IMG/VR virus record: IMGVR_UViG_3300045988_138873
From: a virus
Direction: 5' to 3' (one strand)
Length of the DNA stretch: 18,348 bases
The position numbers and the translations under genes are program-made. The notes beneath the pieces are model-generated. The model ran no database searches. It had not been told where the DNA came from and saw only the letters and a list, made by a program, of their open reading frames with translations. Below, piece by piece: positions 1 to 6,874 of the stretch. Within the stretch, counting starts at the first letter, position 1; every line of letters starts with the position of its first letter.

Positions 1-99
1 CCGCAACCGGCTTTCGCCGTCCAGAACTTTCGCTCTGGCGCAGACTATATCTTCATCCTCAAGAAATCTCTTCCGTCCGAAAATATTATGCATTTCGGA
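1..99. repeat. 99-bp exact terminal direct repeat, copy 1 (identical to 18250-18348)
   Basis: Read directly: nt 1-99 equal nt 18250-18348. The repeat sits exactly at both window ends and inside a ribozyme, so it is best explained as a k-mer-length assembly overlap of a circular path with unit length 18,249 bp. Confidence 0.95.
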
Positions 100-111
100 T
101 AATTCTCTATT

Positions 112-140
112 ATATTACCTTCTTTTTCCTTCTTCGTCAA
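112..140 (-). promoter_or_regulatory. Possible sigma70-type promoter inside the P8 extension of the ribozyme, facing tnpB
   Basis: Minus strand: TTGACG (140-135), 17-nt spacer, TAATAT (117-112). Sequence match only. Confidence 0.25.
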
Positions 141-439
141 GAGGTAATTTGAGATTTCTTGATGGGATGCCCACCACTTCGGACAGCCTATCGCTTGCCG
201 TCCTACTCCCTTCCGGGATAGTCGTTGAACCTTCCTCTCTTCGAGGCTTGGCTGCTGATTGCCCATTATTCTAGCGTTTAGGTTTTAACCTTGCGCTATG
301 CAACCGCTTCTTTCTACTTTCGTCGCCGTCACGCTTAGAGTTGTTCACTCTTACGTTGTGGCGCGGTTGCCTTTAGGGGTTCCCAGCACTTCAATGGGTT
401 TTATTTTTTCGAACATATTCCTATGAACGTGACCTGTAT

Positions 440-3097
440 TTACAAGTCTGAGGTAAAATCATCAAGCGACGTTTGGGTAGCCTTATAGGTGTAATTAGTT
501 CCGTCAAAACTGCCACTCGTTAGGTTGAGATCAATCGACTTGCCAGATACAGCGCCTGTCGCTCCACCGACTACGGCGTCCATACCTCTTTCTTCGCCGC
601 TGCCAATTCCAGCAAAAGCCTTTGCGGCTTCATGGCACTGTTTGGCGAACGATGCTACGCTCGACTTACCCGACGCCATGTTCTGATAAATGGACTGTGC
701 CGCGTTATAAGCAGCAGCGTTGAAATTCCCATTGACATCCGTACAAACTTCCATCGCCACACGGTCAAACTCTTCCGTGTTTTGAGCCATAGCAGCAGCC
801 GCAAGACGCCATGCATCTGCTTCTTGTACTCCGTTGTCAATGAGTGCTTGAGCCATTATGTTACCGGTATTGATACGATACTCAGCGACTTCCTTGGAAA
901 TTTGTCCCTCGCCTTCGCCAACATTTTGTGCAATTTCAAGTTCTGCCTGAGCAAACGCCATTTGGCCTTCAAGAGATGCTTTCTTAGCCTGAAGGTCTGC
1001 AATCTCCGCATCAATGGCCTCATTAACCTGTTCTTGTTTCCCGCTGATAAACGCATCAACGACGCCCTGATTCAACGTCACCTGACCATCAGCGGATACG
1101 GTTGCATTCGCAAGAATCTCAGGGTACGCCTCAGCAAACTCACGCGCCTTGTCGGCAGAAATTGTGAAGCTGTCCGCGACTGTATTCTGAATCGACGCGA
1201 TTTGCTCAAGTACACCAGAGCATGTGTCAAAAGTGCTTAGGATACCAGACCACGGACTCGGCATATTATTCAACAGCCGGTTATTCTCGGCAATCGCCGC
1301 ATTGTTCTTTGCGATTTCGGCTGTGTAGTTCGAAATCGCAAGAGTGCTGCGTTTATCATTGGCATTTTGCAGGTTATCAATATGCTTTTGAAGTTCATCA
1401 TTGGATGCCTCAAGCGCAGCAGTTTCTTCTCTAATAGCATCTGCCTCAGCTTTATTCGCAGCATCAACAGACGTAGACGATGCCTCGCTCATCACATCCT
1501 TGACGGTGGACATGGCAGCGCTGAAGGAGTCAGTCGCGTTCGTTGCATTTTGAGCCGCATCGGCATATTGCGGGAATGTCTGATTGGCCACTTCAGTCAG
1601 ATATTGCTTATACTGATCTGACACACCCGCCATGTTGTTGATAGACGCGATAAAGGAATCAAACGTCTCTTGAGAATTGACCGTCGCTTCCTTGAGCATA
1701 TCAGATATTTTAATGACAGCATCATTCTGCATCTGATTTGCAACCGCCGAATTATACTCATCAACGATACTTTGATAGAGATCAATTTTACTCTGGATAT
1801 CATTCAAGAGCTGAGAGTTCTCGTTCTCATCCGAGCTACGCCATTCATCCGAACTTAAAAGCGTATCTTGAATTTCTTTATAGATATCGACCATACCGGC
1901 CGCATCTTTGTTCATTGCCGCCCAGCTCACGTCAATCTTGTTGTTGACATCCAGTAGAGCGCTACCAGAATAACTCGCTTCTTTAAGTGCCTTGTTCAGA
2001 GCCTTGCTATTTGCAAGCTCGATATCCGCTCCCATAGAATACGGGTTGTCAATCGTTTTAGTGCCAGTACCCTCAGTAAGAGCACCTTGCTTGTACTTAT
2101 TTGTGGCACTTTCCACTTTCGTCTGAAGCGCGTTGGCGTTCTGTTTTGCTTGTTCAGCAGAGATGTTTTTGAGCTTGGAAACCTCGTCATCCAACTTGCC
2201 ATTCACAAGGTCAAGGTTGTTTGCCTGAGAGCCAACCAACTCTGTAATCTGGTCTTGGATGCTTCGGGCTTGCTCACGAGAAGATGCGTCAAAATCACCG
2301 GCAGAAGCAAGTTTGCTGTACTGCGCAATAAGGTCGTTCAATTGTTCGCGCTGATCGTTTGCGGCGCTAGCAACGTCATTGACCTTTTGCTCGTTTTCCT
2401 CAGCAGCCTGTTTTGCTTTTTCTTGAGCATTGCGAATCGCATTGATGCCAACAGAGGCAATCGTTGTGATGGCGGAAATGATTGCCACAGGACTGCTGAT
2501 GAAGTTCTTTGCAGCAGCCTTAACAGAAAGTGCCATATTGCCAGCCCATTCTTTAAGAGAGGCGGCGTGACTTCTTGTAGTGATTTCTGCGGCGCGTTGG
2601 CGAATTTCTTCCTCAGTTAACGCGCGCCCAAACTCAGATGTTCGAATAGCAGCCTCTATTTCAGCCTGAGTATATTTCTTCTTAGCATCCAAATTTAGCT
2701 TTGACGCTAACGTGTCCGCATCCGTATTAAGTTTTTGAGCGGCAAGAGCAATGCCTTCTTCGGTAATCGTCTGAGTTGCTTTTAGTCTTTGACTGACAGC
2801 AGCCTTTTCTTCATTAGTAAGTGCCGATTGCCCAAGCAAAACATCTCTTTGCTTTTCGGATAATCCCGCTAAAGCAGCCGTATATGCATTGATCTTGCCA
2901 TCGTCCAATTCTGGTTCCGACGCACTTGGAAATTGGACGATATTATCTTCGTTGCCTCCTAGAGTGTTTGCGCTTGCCGCCTGTTGCTTCTCATATTCGT
3001 TATTTAACGCTTCAATTTCTTGCTTTGCTTGTCGCAGAACTTTGAACGATGCCAAATCATACAAACATAATGCCGACCAAACATTATATTGATTCAA
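440..3097 (-). CDS. Tape-measure-like coiled-coil tail protein, 885 aa as written; proposed exon 1 (ends at 445) of an IStron-interrupted gene
   Basis: Long Ala/Gln/Glu-rich helical ORF with a hydrophobic segment (FISSPVAIISAITTIASVGINAI) and a Gly-rich C-terminus, as in phage tape-measure proteins. The start is uncertain: TTG at 3097 has no SD, and there is no in-frame ATG before codon 188. The TAA stop (442-440) lies 3 nt inside the predicted intron. Confidence 0.6.
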   Translation of the reverse strand: MNQYNVWSALCLYDLASFKVLRQAKQEIEALNNEYEKQQAASANTLGGNEDNIVQFPSASEPELDDGKINAYTAALAGLSEKQRDVLLGQSALTNEEKAAVSQRLKATQTITEEGIALAAQKLNTDADTLASKLNLDAKKKYTQAEIEAAIRTSEFGRALTEEEIRQRAAEITTRSHAASLKEWAGNMALSVKAAAKNFISSPVAIISAITTIASVGINAIRNAQEKAKQAAEENEQKVNDVASAANDQREQLNDLIAQYSKLASAGDFDASSREQARSIQDQITELVGSQANNLDLVNGKLDDEVSKLKNISAEQAKQNANALQTKVESATNKYKQGALTEGTGTKTIDNPYSMGADIELANSKALNKALKEASYSGSALLDVNNKIDVSWAAMNKDAAGMVDIYKEIQDTLLSSDEWRSSDENENSQLLNDIQSKIDLYQSIVDEYNSAVANQMQNDAVIKISDMLKEATVNSQETFDSFIASINNMAGVSDQYKQYLTEVANQTFPQYADAAQNATNATDSFSAAMSTVKDVMSEASSTSVDAANKAEADAIREETAALEASNDELQKHIDNLQNANDKRSTLAISNYTAEIAKNNAAIAENNRLLNNMPSPWSGILSTFDTCSGVLEQIASIQNTVADSFTISADKAREFAEAYPEILANATVSADGQVTLNQGVVDAFISGKQEQVNEAIDAEIADLQAKKASLEGQMAFAQAELEIAQNVGEGEGQISKEVAEYRINTGNIMAQALIDNGVQEADAWRLAAAAMAQNTEEFDRVAMEVCTDVNGNFNAAAYNAAQSIYQNMASGKSSVASFAKQCHEAAKAFAGIGSGEERGMDAVVGGATGAVSGKSIDLNLTSGSFDGTNYTYKATQTSLDDFTSDL

Positions 3098-3110
3098 ACT
3101 AATGTGCGAG

Positions 3111-3139
3111 TTGACATATACAAGAAAATATGGTAATCT
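3111..3139 (+). promoter_or_regulatory. Sigma70-type promoter for the plus-strand zinc-ribbon gene
   Basis: TTGACA (3111-3116), 17-nt spacer with a TGn extended -10, TAATCT (3134-3139). The RBS GAAGGTG precedes ATG 3168. Confidence 0.55.
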
Positions 3140-3167
3140 AAATAACTAAAATAAAGAAGGTGAATCG

Positions 3168-3866
3168 ATGGCATTCGAAGATACAATTCGCAATATGAAG
3201 AAACGGCTTCAGGGAAATGTCTGCCCAAATTGCGGCATTCCTTGGAAAAGTGCGCCAAGTTGTCCAAACTGCAAATATTCGCCGAAAATTGTTGCTTGCC
3301 CAAAATGTGCAACAATAAAAGCATGCATTTCAATCTCTGAAAAAAGAAAATTATTGACAAACCCAGAGGCGGTAGATTCGGCAGAAAGCTGTGAATGCAA
3401 CGTCTGTTATGCGGAATTAAATATGACGAACGAAGAATATGACAAAATAAAATGGGATAATCTCAAAGTAGAAACATGGTGGCCAGCGAAATGGAAAGCA
3501 TCTGCCTGTACATTATCAGACTTTGTTGCTGCACGGTATGCTTTTGAAAACTATTTTGACAAGTCGCAATTAGACACCAGCCTATCTAAATACAAGTCCA
3601 ACTACGCCAATATGTTCCCTGAATCGGAAGAAAGTATAGAGTATTTTAGAAGCGTTGGTGGCATTGAAAACTATTACTTTCCTCAGAACACAGATCATAC
3701 TACTTCTCGTCCCAAGCACGTTCCCAAATGCCCCATCTGCGGATCTGAAAATCTCACGCGACTGACCACGATGAAGAAGGCTGCAAAAATAGCGCTGGTT
3801 GGAATTTATGGACTTGGCGATTGTGGGAAGACGTGGAAATGCAATAATTGTGGCAGTAAGTTTTGA
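3168..3866 (+). CDS. Multi-zinc-ribbon protein, unknown function (only convincing plus-strand gene)
   Basis: 232-aa ORF with its own promoter, RBS and terminator. CxxC pairs: CPNCG...CPNCK...CPKC, CECNVC, and a C-terminal CPICGS...KCNNCG flanking the hydrophobic stretch AAKIALVGIYGLG. Confidence 0.7.
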   Translation: MAFEDTIRNMKKRLQGNVCPNCGIPWKSAPSCPNCKYSPKIVACPKCATIKACISISEKRKLLTNPEAVDSAESCECNVCYAELNMTNEEYDKIKWDNLKVETWWPAKWKASACTLSDFVAARYAFENYFDKSQLDTSLSKYKSNYANMFPESEESIEYFRSVGGIENYYFPQNTDHTTSRPKHVPKCPICGSENLTRLTTMKKAAKIALVGIYGLGDCGKTWKCNNCGSKF

Positions 3867-3874
3867 TATGACAA

Positions 3875-3906
3875 AGGCGAGGCCGTTTGGCCTCGCCTTT
3901 TGTTTG
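3875..3906. terminator. Intrinsic terminator between convergent genes
   Basis: AGGCGAGGCC-GTTT-GGCCTCGCCT followed by TTTGTTTG on the plus strand. On the minus strand the same stem is followed by TTTGTCAT. Confidence 0.8.
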
Positions 3907-3919
3907 TGTTTTCTAAATG

Positions 3920-4174
3920 TTAATCGGAACTTCCATAGGCTTTCATCTTCACGTTTTGAGCATTGCCTGACAGTCTATCGTAGTTTCTTTGGATATCTGC
4001 CAATGTCCTAGCAGATTCTGCTTGCCGTTCCCTAACAGCTCGGAGTTGTTCATCAGTGACGTCCATATTAACAAAAATCTTATACCCACTACGAGTTTGT
4101 CCGACCGGAGAAACGACTTTCACAGAACGACTTTTGTTGCTCCCATTAGGCATTGATCGTGTCCGTCTTTTCAT
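3920..4174 (-). CDS. Small basic protein (84 aa), unknown function, translationally coupled to the upstream TM-GAF-like gene
   Basis: Its ATG overlaps the upstream stop as ATGA (4171-4174). Lys/Arg-rich N-terminus followed by a helical C-terminus. Confidence 0.55.
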   Translation of the reverse strand: MKRRTRSMPNGSNKSRSVKVVSPVGQTRSGYKIFVNMDVTDEQLRAVRERQAESARTLADIQRNYDRLSGNAQNVKMKAYGSSD

Positions 4175-5145
4175 TGATACACCTCCTCTTTAATATATGC
4201 AATTTCGTATACAACACGCATCATTTTTCTATACGCTTCTGACAACTGTGAAAATTCTTTTTTAATTTTTTGTGGGGAGTCTATAACAGCATCATAATAA
4301 GCAATAATTTCGATCAACCCATTAGCGCCTGATTTATGATTGATAATCGGAATCGCCATATACTGATTATAAAAGAAATCTGCGTGCCGACAAGCCTCTT
4401 TGTCTAAATTTTCGATATACTCATTTTTATCTAACTCGTTCCACCCTGCCCAATAATAATTTATAAGCATATCTTCCCATGTGCTTAGGATATACTTCTT
4501 TTTGCTATCTCGCAGACAATAAGTGAAATAGTAGTCTTTAATAAGAGGGTCATCGATAAACACAGGCTTAAATAATCCGTATAGAAACAGAGGATTATCC
4601 ATTAACGTATCGACCATTTCATCTTGACTAGCAGCGACCATCTCTACAGTTCTATTGTTTTTATCATATTCATAAATGTACACGGCGAACCCGTTAGAAC
4701 CGGAACGGTGCTGGCAGCTTTTTACAATGCCGCTTGCGCACGCATTTGCCAGAGATTCAAAAGAGGCGTCTCCGTCTTTTACTTTCTTAAACATCGTAAT
4801 CGCTGTTGACACAAAAAAATCATATGCATCTTGTAGATGTTTTTCGGCTCCTTGCAACTCCGTCCTTGCCTCGTCGTATACAGATTGCCAAAACAAAAGA
4901 AAAATACCAACAAGAATAACAAGAACAGTAATGCCCCCTTCTACCCATGATTGAGCAGTATTATTGTTCAAGCTCAACAGCGAACACAACAAAGATAAAG
5001 TAACGGGAGCAACAAACATAAATGCAACAACAAGATTAGAGTACATTTTGAATTTATGTTCACATCGCGTGAGTCTCATCTCGGGTAGAATACTGGCATT
5101 CATTTTGTCAACAACTTTGCTAGCGCAGGCATCGACCAAAATCAT
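4171..5145 (-). CDS. Membrane-anchored protein with a GAF-like cytoplasmic domain (324 aa from ATG 5145)
   Basis: The RBS AAGGGGGA lies 6 nt before ATG 5145 (the track's start at 5178 lacks an RBS). Two hydrophobic helices (LVVAFMFVAPVTLSLLCSLLSL; ITVLVILVGIFLLFW). The C-terminal region has a GAF-like pattern (FAVYIYEYD...MAIPIINHKSGANGLIEIIAYYD...), judged by eye. Confidence 0.55.
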   Translation of the reverse strand: MILVDACASKVVDKMNASILPEMRLTRCEHKFKMYSNLVVAFMFVAPVTLSLLCSLLSLNNNTAQSWVEGGITVLVILVGIFLLFWQSVYDEARTELQGAEKHLQDAYDFFVSTAITMFKKVKDGDASFESLANACASGIVKSCQHRSGSNGFAVYIYEYDKNNRTVEMVAASQDEMVDTLMDNPLFLYGLFKPVFIDDPLIKDYYFTYCLRDSKKKYILSTWEDMLINYYWAGWNELDKNEYIENLDKEACRHADFFYNQYMAIPIINHKSGANGLIEIIAYYDAVIDSPQKIKKEFSQLSEAYRKMMRVVYEIAYIKEEVYQ

Positions 5146-5260
5146 CGCGGATCCCCCTTGTTTAAGTATTACAACCATAACCTACAACTTTTTTATAAAT
5201 TGTCAATACAAAAGTGGGATTTTTCGAGATTTTTGTTATTACATACCGTCTTGCGTATCC

Positions 5261-5290
5261 ATTATACCATTATTATGTTTGATTGGTCAA
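5261..5290 (-). promoter_or_regulatory. Sigma70-type promoter for the TM-GAF-like operon
   Basis: Minus strand: TTGACC (5290-5285), 18-nt spacer ending in TGG, TATAAT (5266-5261). Confidence 0.5.
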
Positions 5291-5307
5291 CCACTTCAAT
5301 TAACACA

Positions 5308-5334
5308 AAGCCCCTTGCTATAAGCAAGGGGCTT
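5308..5334 (-). terminator. Intrinsic terminator after the aspartic-protease operon
   Basis: Perfect 11-bp stem AAGCCCCTTGC / GCAAGGGGCTT with a 5-nt loop, followed on the minus strand by TGTGTTAATT. Confidence 0.7.
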
Positions 5335-5351
5335 AACACACTCTTGATAGA

Positions 5352-5867
5352 TTATTTCCCGCCTTTTCTACGCTTTGATTTGCCCTTTCCATGAGTAGCA
5401 CCAATGGCGTTGTCGATGTTTGCCTGCGGGACAAAGTCCATCTTTTCTTTGGATGGTATCCTGAATGTGAACACTGTTTTATTATTAAAATTGCTCACAG
5501 AGAAATCACCAAACGTAATGATATCCATGCCAATAAGCATATCAAGACCTTGTTTACCAATATCAGTGTCGCACACAGGGACATCGCTTACATTTAAGTG
5601 ATTAGGGAGTCCGACATTCACCAAATAAGTATTAACTGTCTTTGTACTTGATGGAGTGCGAATATCCATCATTCCAGTTGGGACAAGATTCAGCCGTTCC
5701 ACTACGGACTCAGAAATACAAGTCGTTGTTGCACCAGTGTCCCAGAGAGCAATACCATCAACTGAGCCATCAGCACTTGAAATAGTAATAGGAGTCATCA
5801 ACCGATTACTCTTTCCAGTATATTCAAGTGTAAATGCTCGATAGACAACAGACGGTGCTATTCCCAT
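5352..5867 (-). CDS. Retropepsin-like (clan AA) aspartic protease
   Basis: Active-site motif ALWDTGATTTCIS and flap/dimer motif LIGMDII. Basic tail GKGKSKRRKGGK. RBS GAAGTGAG. Confidence 0.7.
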   Translation of the reverse strand: MGIAPSVVYRAFTLEYTGKSNRLMTPITISSADGSVDGIALWDTGATTTCISESVVERLNLVPTGMMDIRTPSSTKTVNTYLVNVGLPNHLNVSDVPVCDTDIGKQGLDMLIGMDIITFGDFSVSNFNNKTVFTFRIPSKEKMDFVPQANIDNAIGATHGKGKSKRRKGGK

Positions 5868-5917
5868 ATTCTCACTTCTTCTCTATATCTCTAGATGAGG
5901 TTATTTTAATTGCGCAC

Positions 5918-6151
5918 TTACCCGAAACAAATTGACGAAATATAATTCGTATATGCCGATTCATCACCGTTACATTTTTGAATAATGAAAGTTCCAATCC
6001 TCTCTTTCTCAGAAGTCTTCCTAACACCTTCAGCATAAGAACGATATGATCCTAGCACTGTCTTCCCTTTTATTGCAAGGAAAGAATCTCCGTACTTTTT
6101 AAATAAGTCGGCATAATTATCCAAGAACCACTTATATTCATCCTTCAACAT
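5918..6151 (-). CDS. Small DUF5678-like protein (77 aa from ATG 6151)
   Basis: The RBS GAGGTG precedes ATG 6151 (the track start at 6217 has no RBS). The pattern YGDSFLAIKGKTVLGSY...IGTFIIQKC resembles the small proteins found beside archaeal and bacterial retropepsin-like proteases (from memory). Confidence 0.5.
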   Translation of the reverse strand: MLKDEYKWFLDNYADLFKKYGDSFLAIKGKTVLGSYRSYAEGVRKTSEKERIGTFIIQKCNGDESAYTNYISSICFG

Positions 6152-6200
6152 ATATGCCACCTCTAGAATAACATTTTGCACTTTCAATATTTTGACACGT

Positions 6201-6395
6201 CTAACGCACAAAGTCAAGACATTTCATATCTGTATTGCTGCGAATCGCGTTCTCTAATATAGATGCTATTTGGCATCCGCGTTTAGATGCACAGCCGATC
6301 TCAACCAACTTCTCAAATTCTGCCCATGCAGATTCATACCCGTCACAAACGCTTTTGTCAAACACGCTTGCATCATACGCATCGTTCAATACCAC
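6201..6395 (-). CDS. 64-codon ORF, either a hypothetical protein or the 3' exon of the tape-measure gene
   Basis: GTG start at 6395 directly after a TGA, with AAGGATAGGTG upstream. No recognisable motif. It is in frame with tape-measure exon 1 if the 3' splice site is G6396. Confidence 0.35.
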   Translation of the reverse strand: MVLNDAYDASVFDKSVCDGYESAWAEFEKLVEIGCASKRGCQIASILENAIRSNTDMKCLDFVR

Positions 6396-6874
6396 CAGTC
6401 ACACCTATCCTTTATTTAGATGAGCCACCTGCGGCAACAGATGGCTCATCAGGCATTCAGAGAAATGTTGTTCCCAGCAACGTCTCTCTGCCAATTTGTG
6501 AGCCGTCTGTTCCAGCAGACGGCTCGTGCGTTTGTGAAGCACTGCTTCAGAGGCTCACTATAGTATGTGTGTCACTATTTTGGTCGGCGGCGTGACCCGC
6601 CTGTAATTTTTGCGCTGTCGCGCTGATTTGGAATACCCCTTCACGACTCATTGAGCCGCGCAGCCATTATACTCTCTGAACGTTCTCATGCGAACATGAG
6701 CTTCGCTGCGGATTCCTTTCGGTTCCCGGAGTGGAATTACAAAACCACCCGCCTTTCGGCCAATTTCGGCTGTTTTGCCAATGCTCCCTCACTTGCAACT
6801 CACGCTGCAAGCTCGTTCCGTGTCACCACCAGAGCATATGTGGGCACATCATGAGAACCCGTCATTTTGGGTCT
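6396..6874 (-). ncRNA. Second, ORF-less group I intron in the 3' end of the tape-measure gene (3' boundary approximate)
   Basis: P1 GTGGGT(6880-6875)/GCCCAC(6845-6840) with a terminal U:G. P2 hairpin 6792-6811. P-like AAATTGGCCGAAAGGCGGG (6766-6748). Q AATCCGCAGC (6714-6705). P6 CTCATG-TTCG-CATGAG (6700-6685). R-like GTTCAGAGAGTATAATGG (6681-6664). S-like CATACTATAGTGAG (6567-6554). Long 3' hairpins at 6500-6525, 6452-6492 and 6421-6448. Confidence 0.6.

Larger units (their letters stand above)
1..444 (-). ncRNA. Group I intron ribozyme core (subgroup IA / T4 td-like), 5' part of an IStron; continues across the window junction into 18197-18249
   Basis: On the minus strand the canonical elements occur in order: P-like GAAGTGCTGGGAACC (392-378), Q AATCAGCAGCC (260-250), P6 hairpin CCTC-GAAGA-GAGG, R GTTCAACGACTA (230-219), CCC-GGAA-GGG hairpin, long P8 CATCAAGAAATCTC...GAGATTTCTTGA, S AAGATATAGTC (53-43), then GAAA-capped hairpins. 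P1 is GACTTGT(448-442)/ACAGGTC(437-431) with a U:G at T445:G434. Confidence 0.8.

Noticed and set aside
1-99. Terminal 99-bp repeats as biological direct terminal repeats, LTRs or att sites
   Set aside because: They coincide exactly with the window ends, are exact, and fall in the middle of a ribozyme whose two halves only make sense when joined. An assembly overlap is the simpler explanation.
45-266. 73-aa minus-strand ORF from the track
   Set aside because: It lies entirely inside the ribozyme core, spanning the Q, R and P8 elements. It has no RBS and its sequence is odd and low in complexity, so it is most likely a chance ORF in structured RNA.
632-2620. Long plus-strand ORFs (632-1240, 2087-2620) opposite the 885-aa gene
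   Set aside because: These are shadow ORFs of a long, low-complexity coiled-coil gene. They have no RBS and no motifs. The same reasoning applies to 10453-10983, 11425-12009, 13649-14368, 15304-15903, 16176-16652 and 17574-18089.
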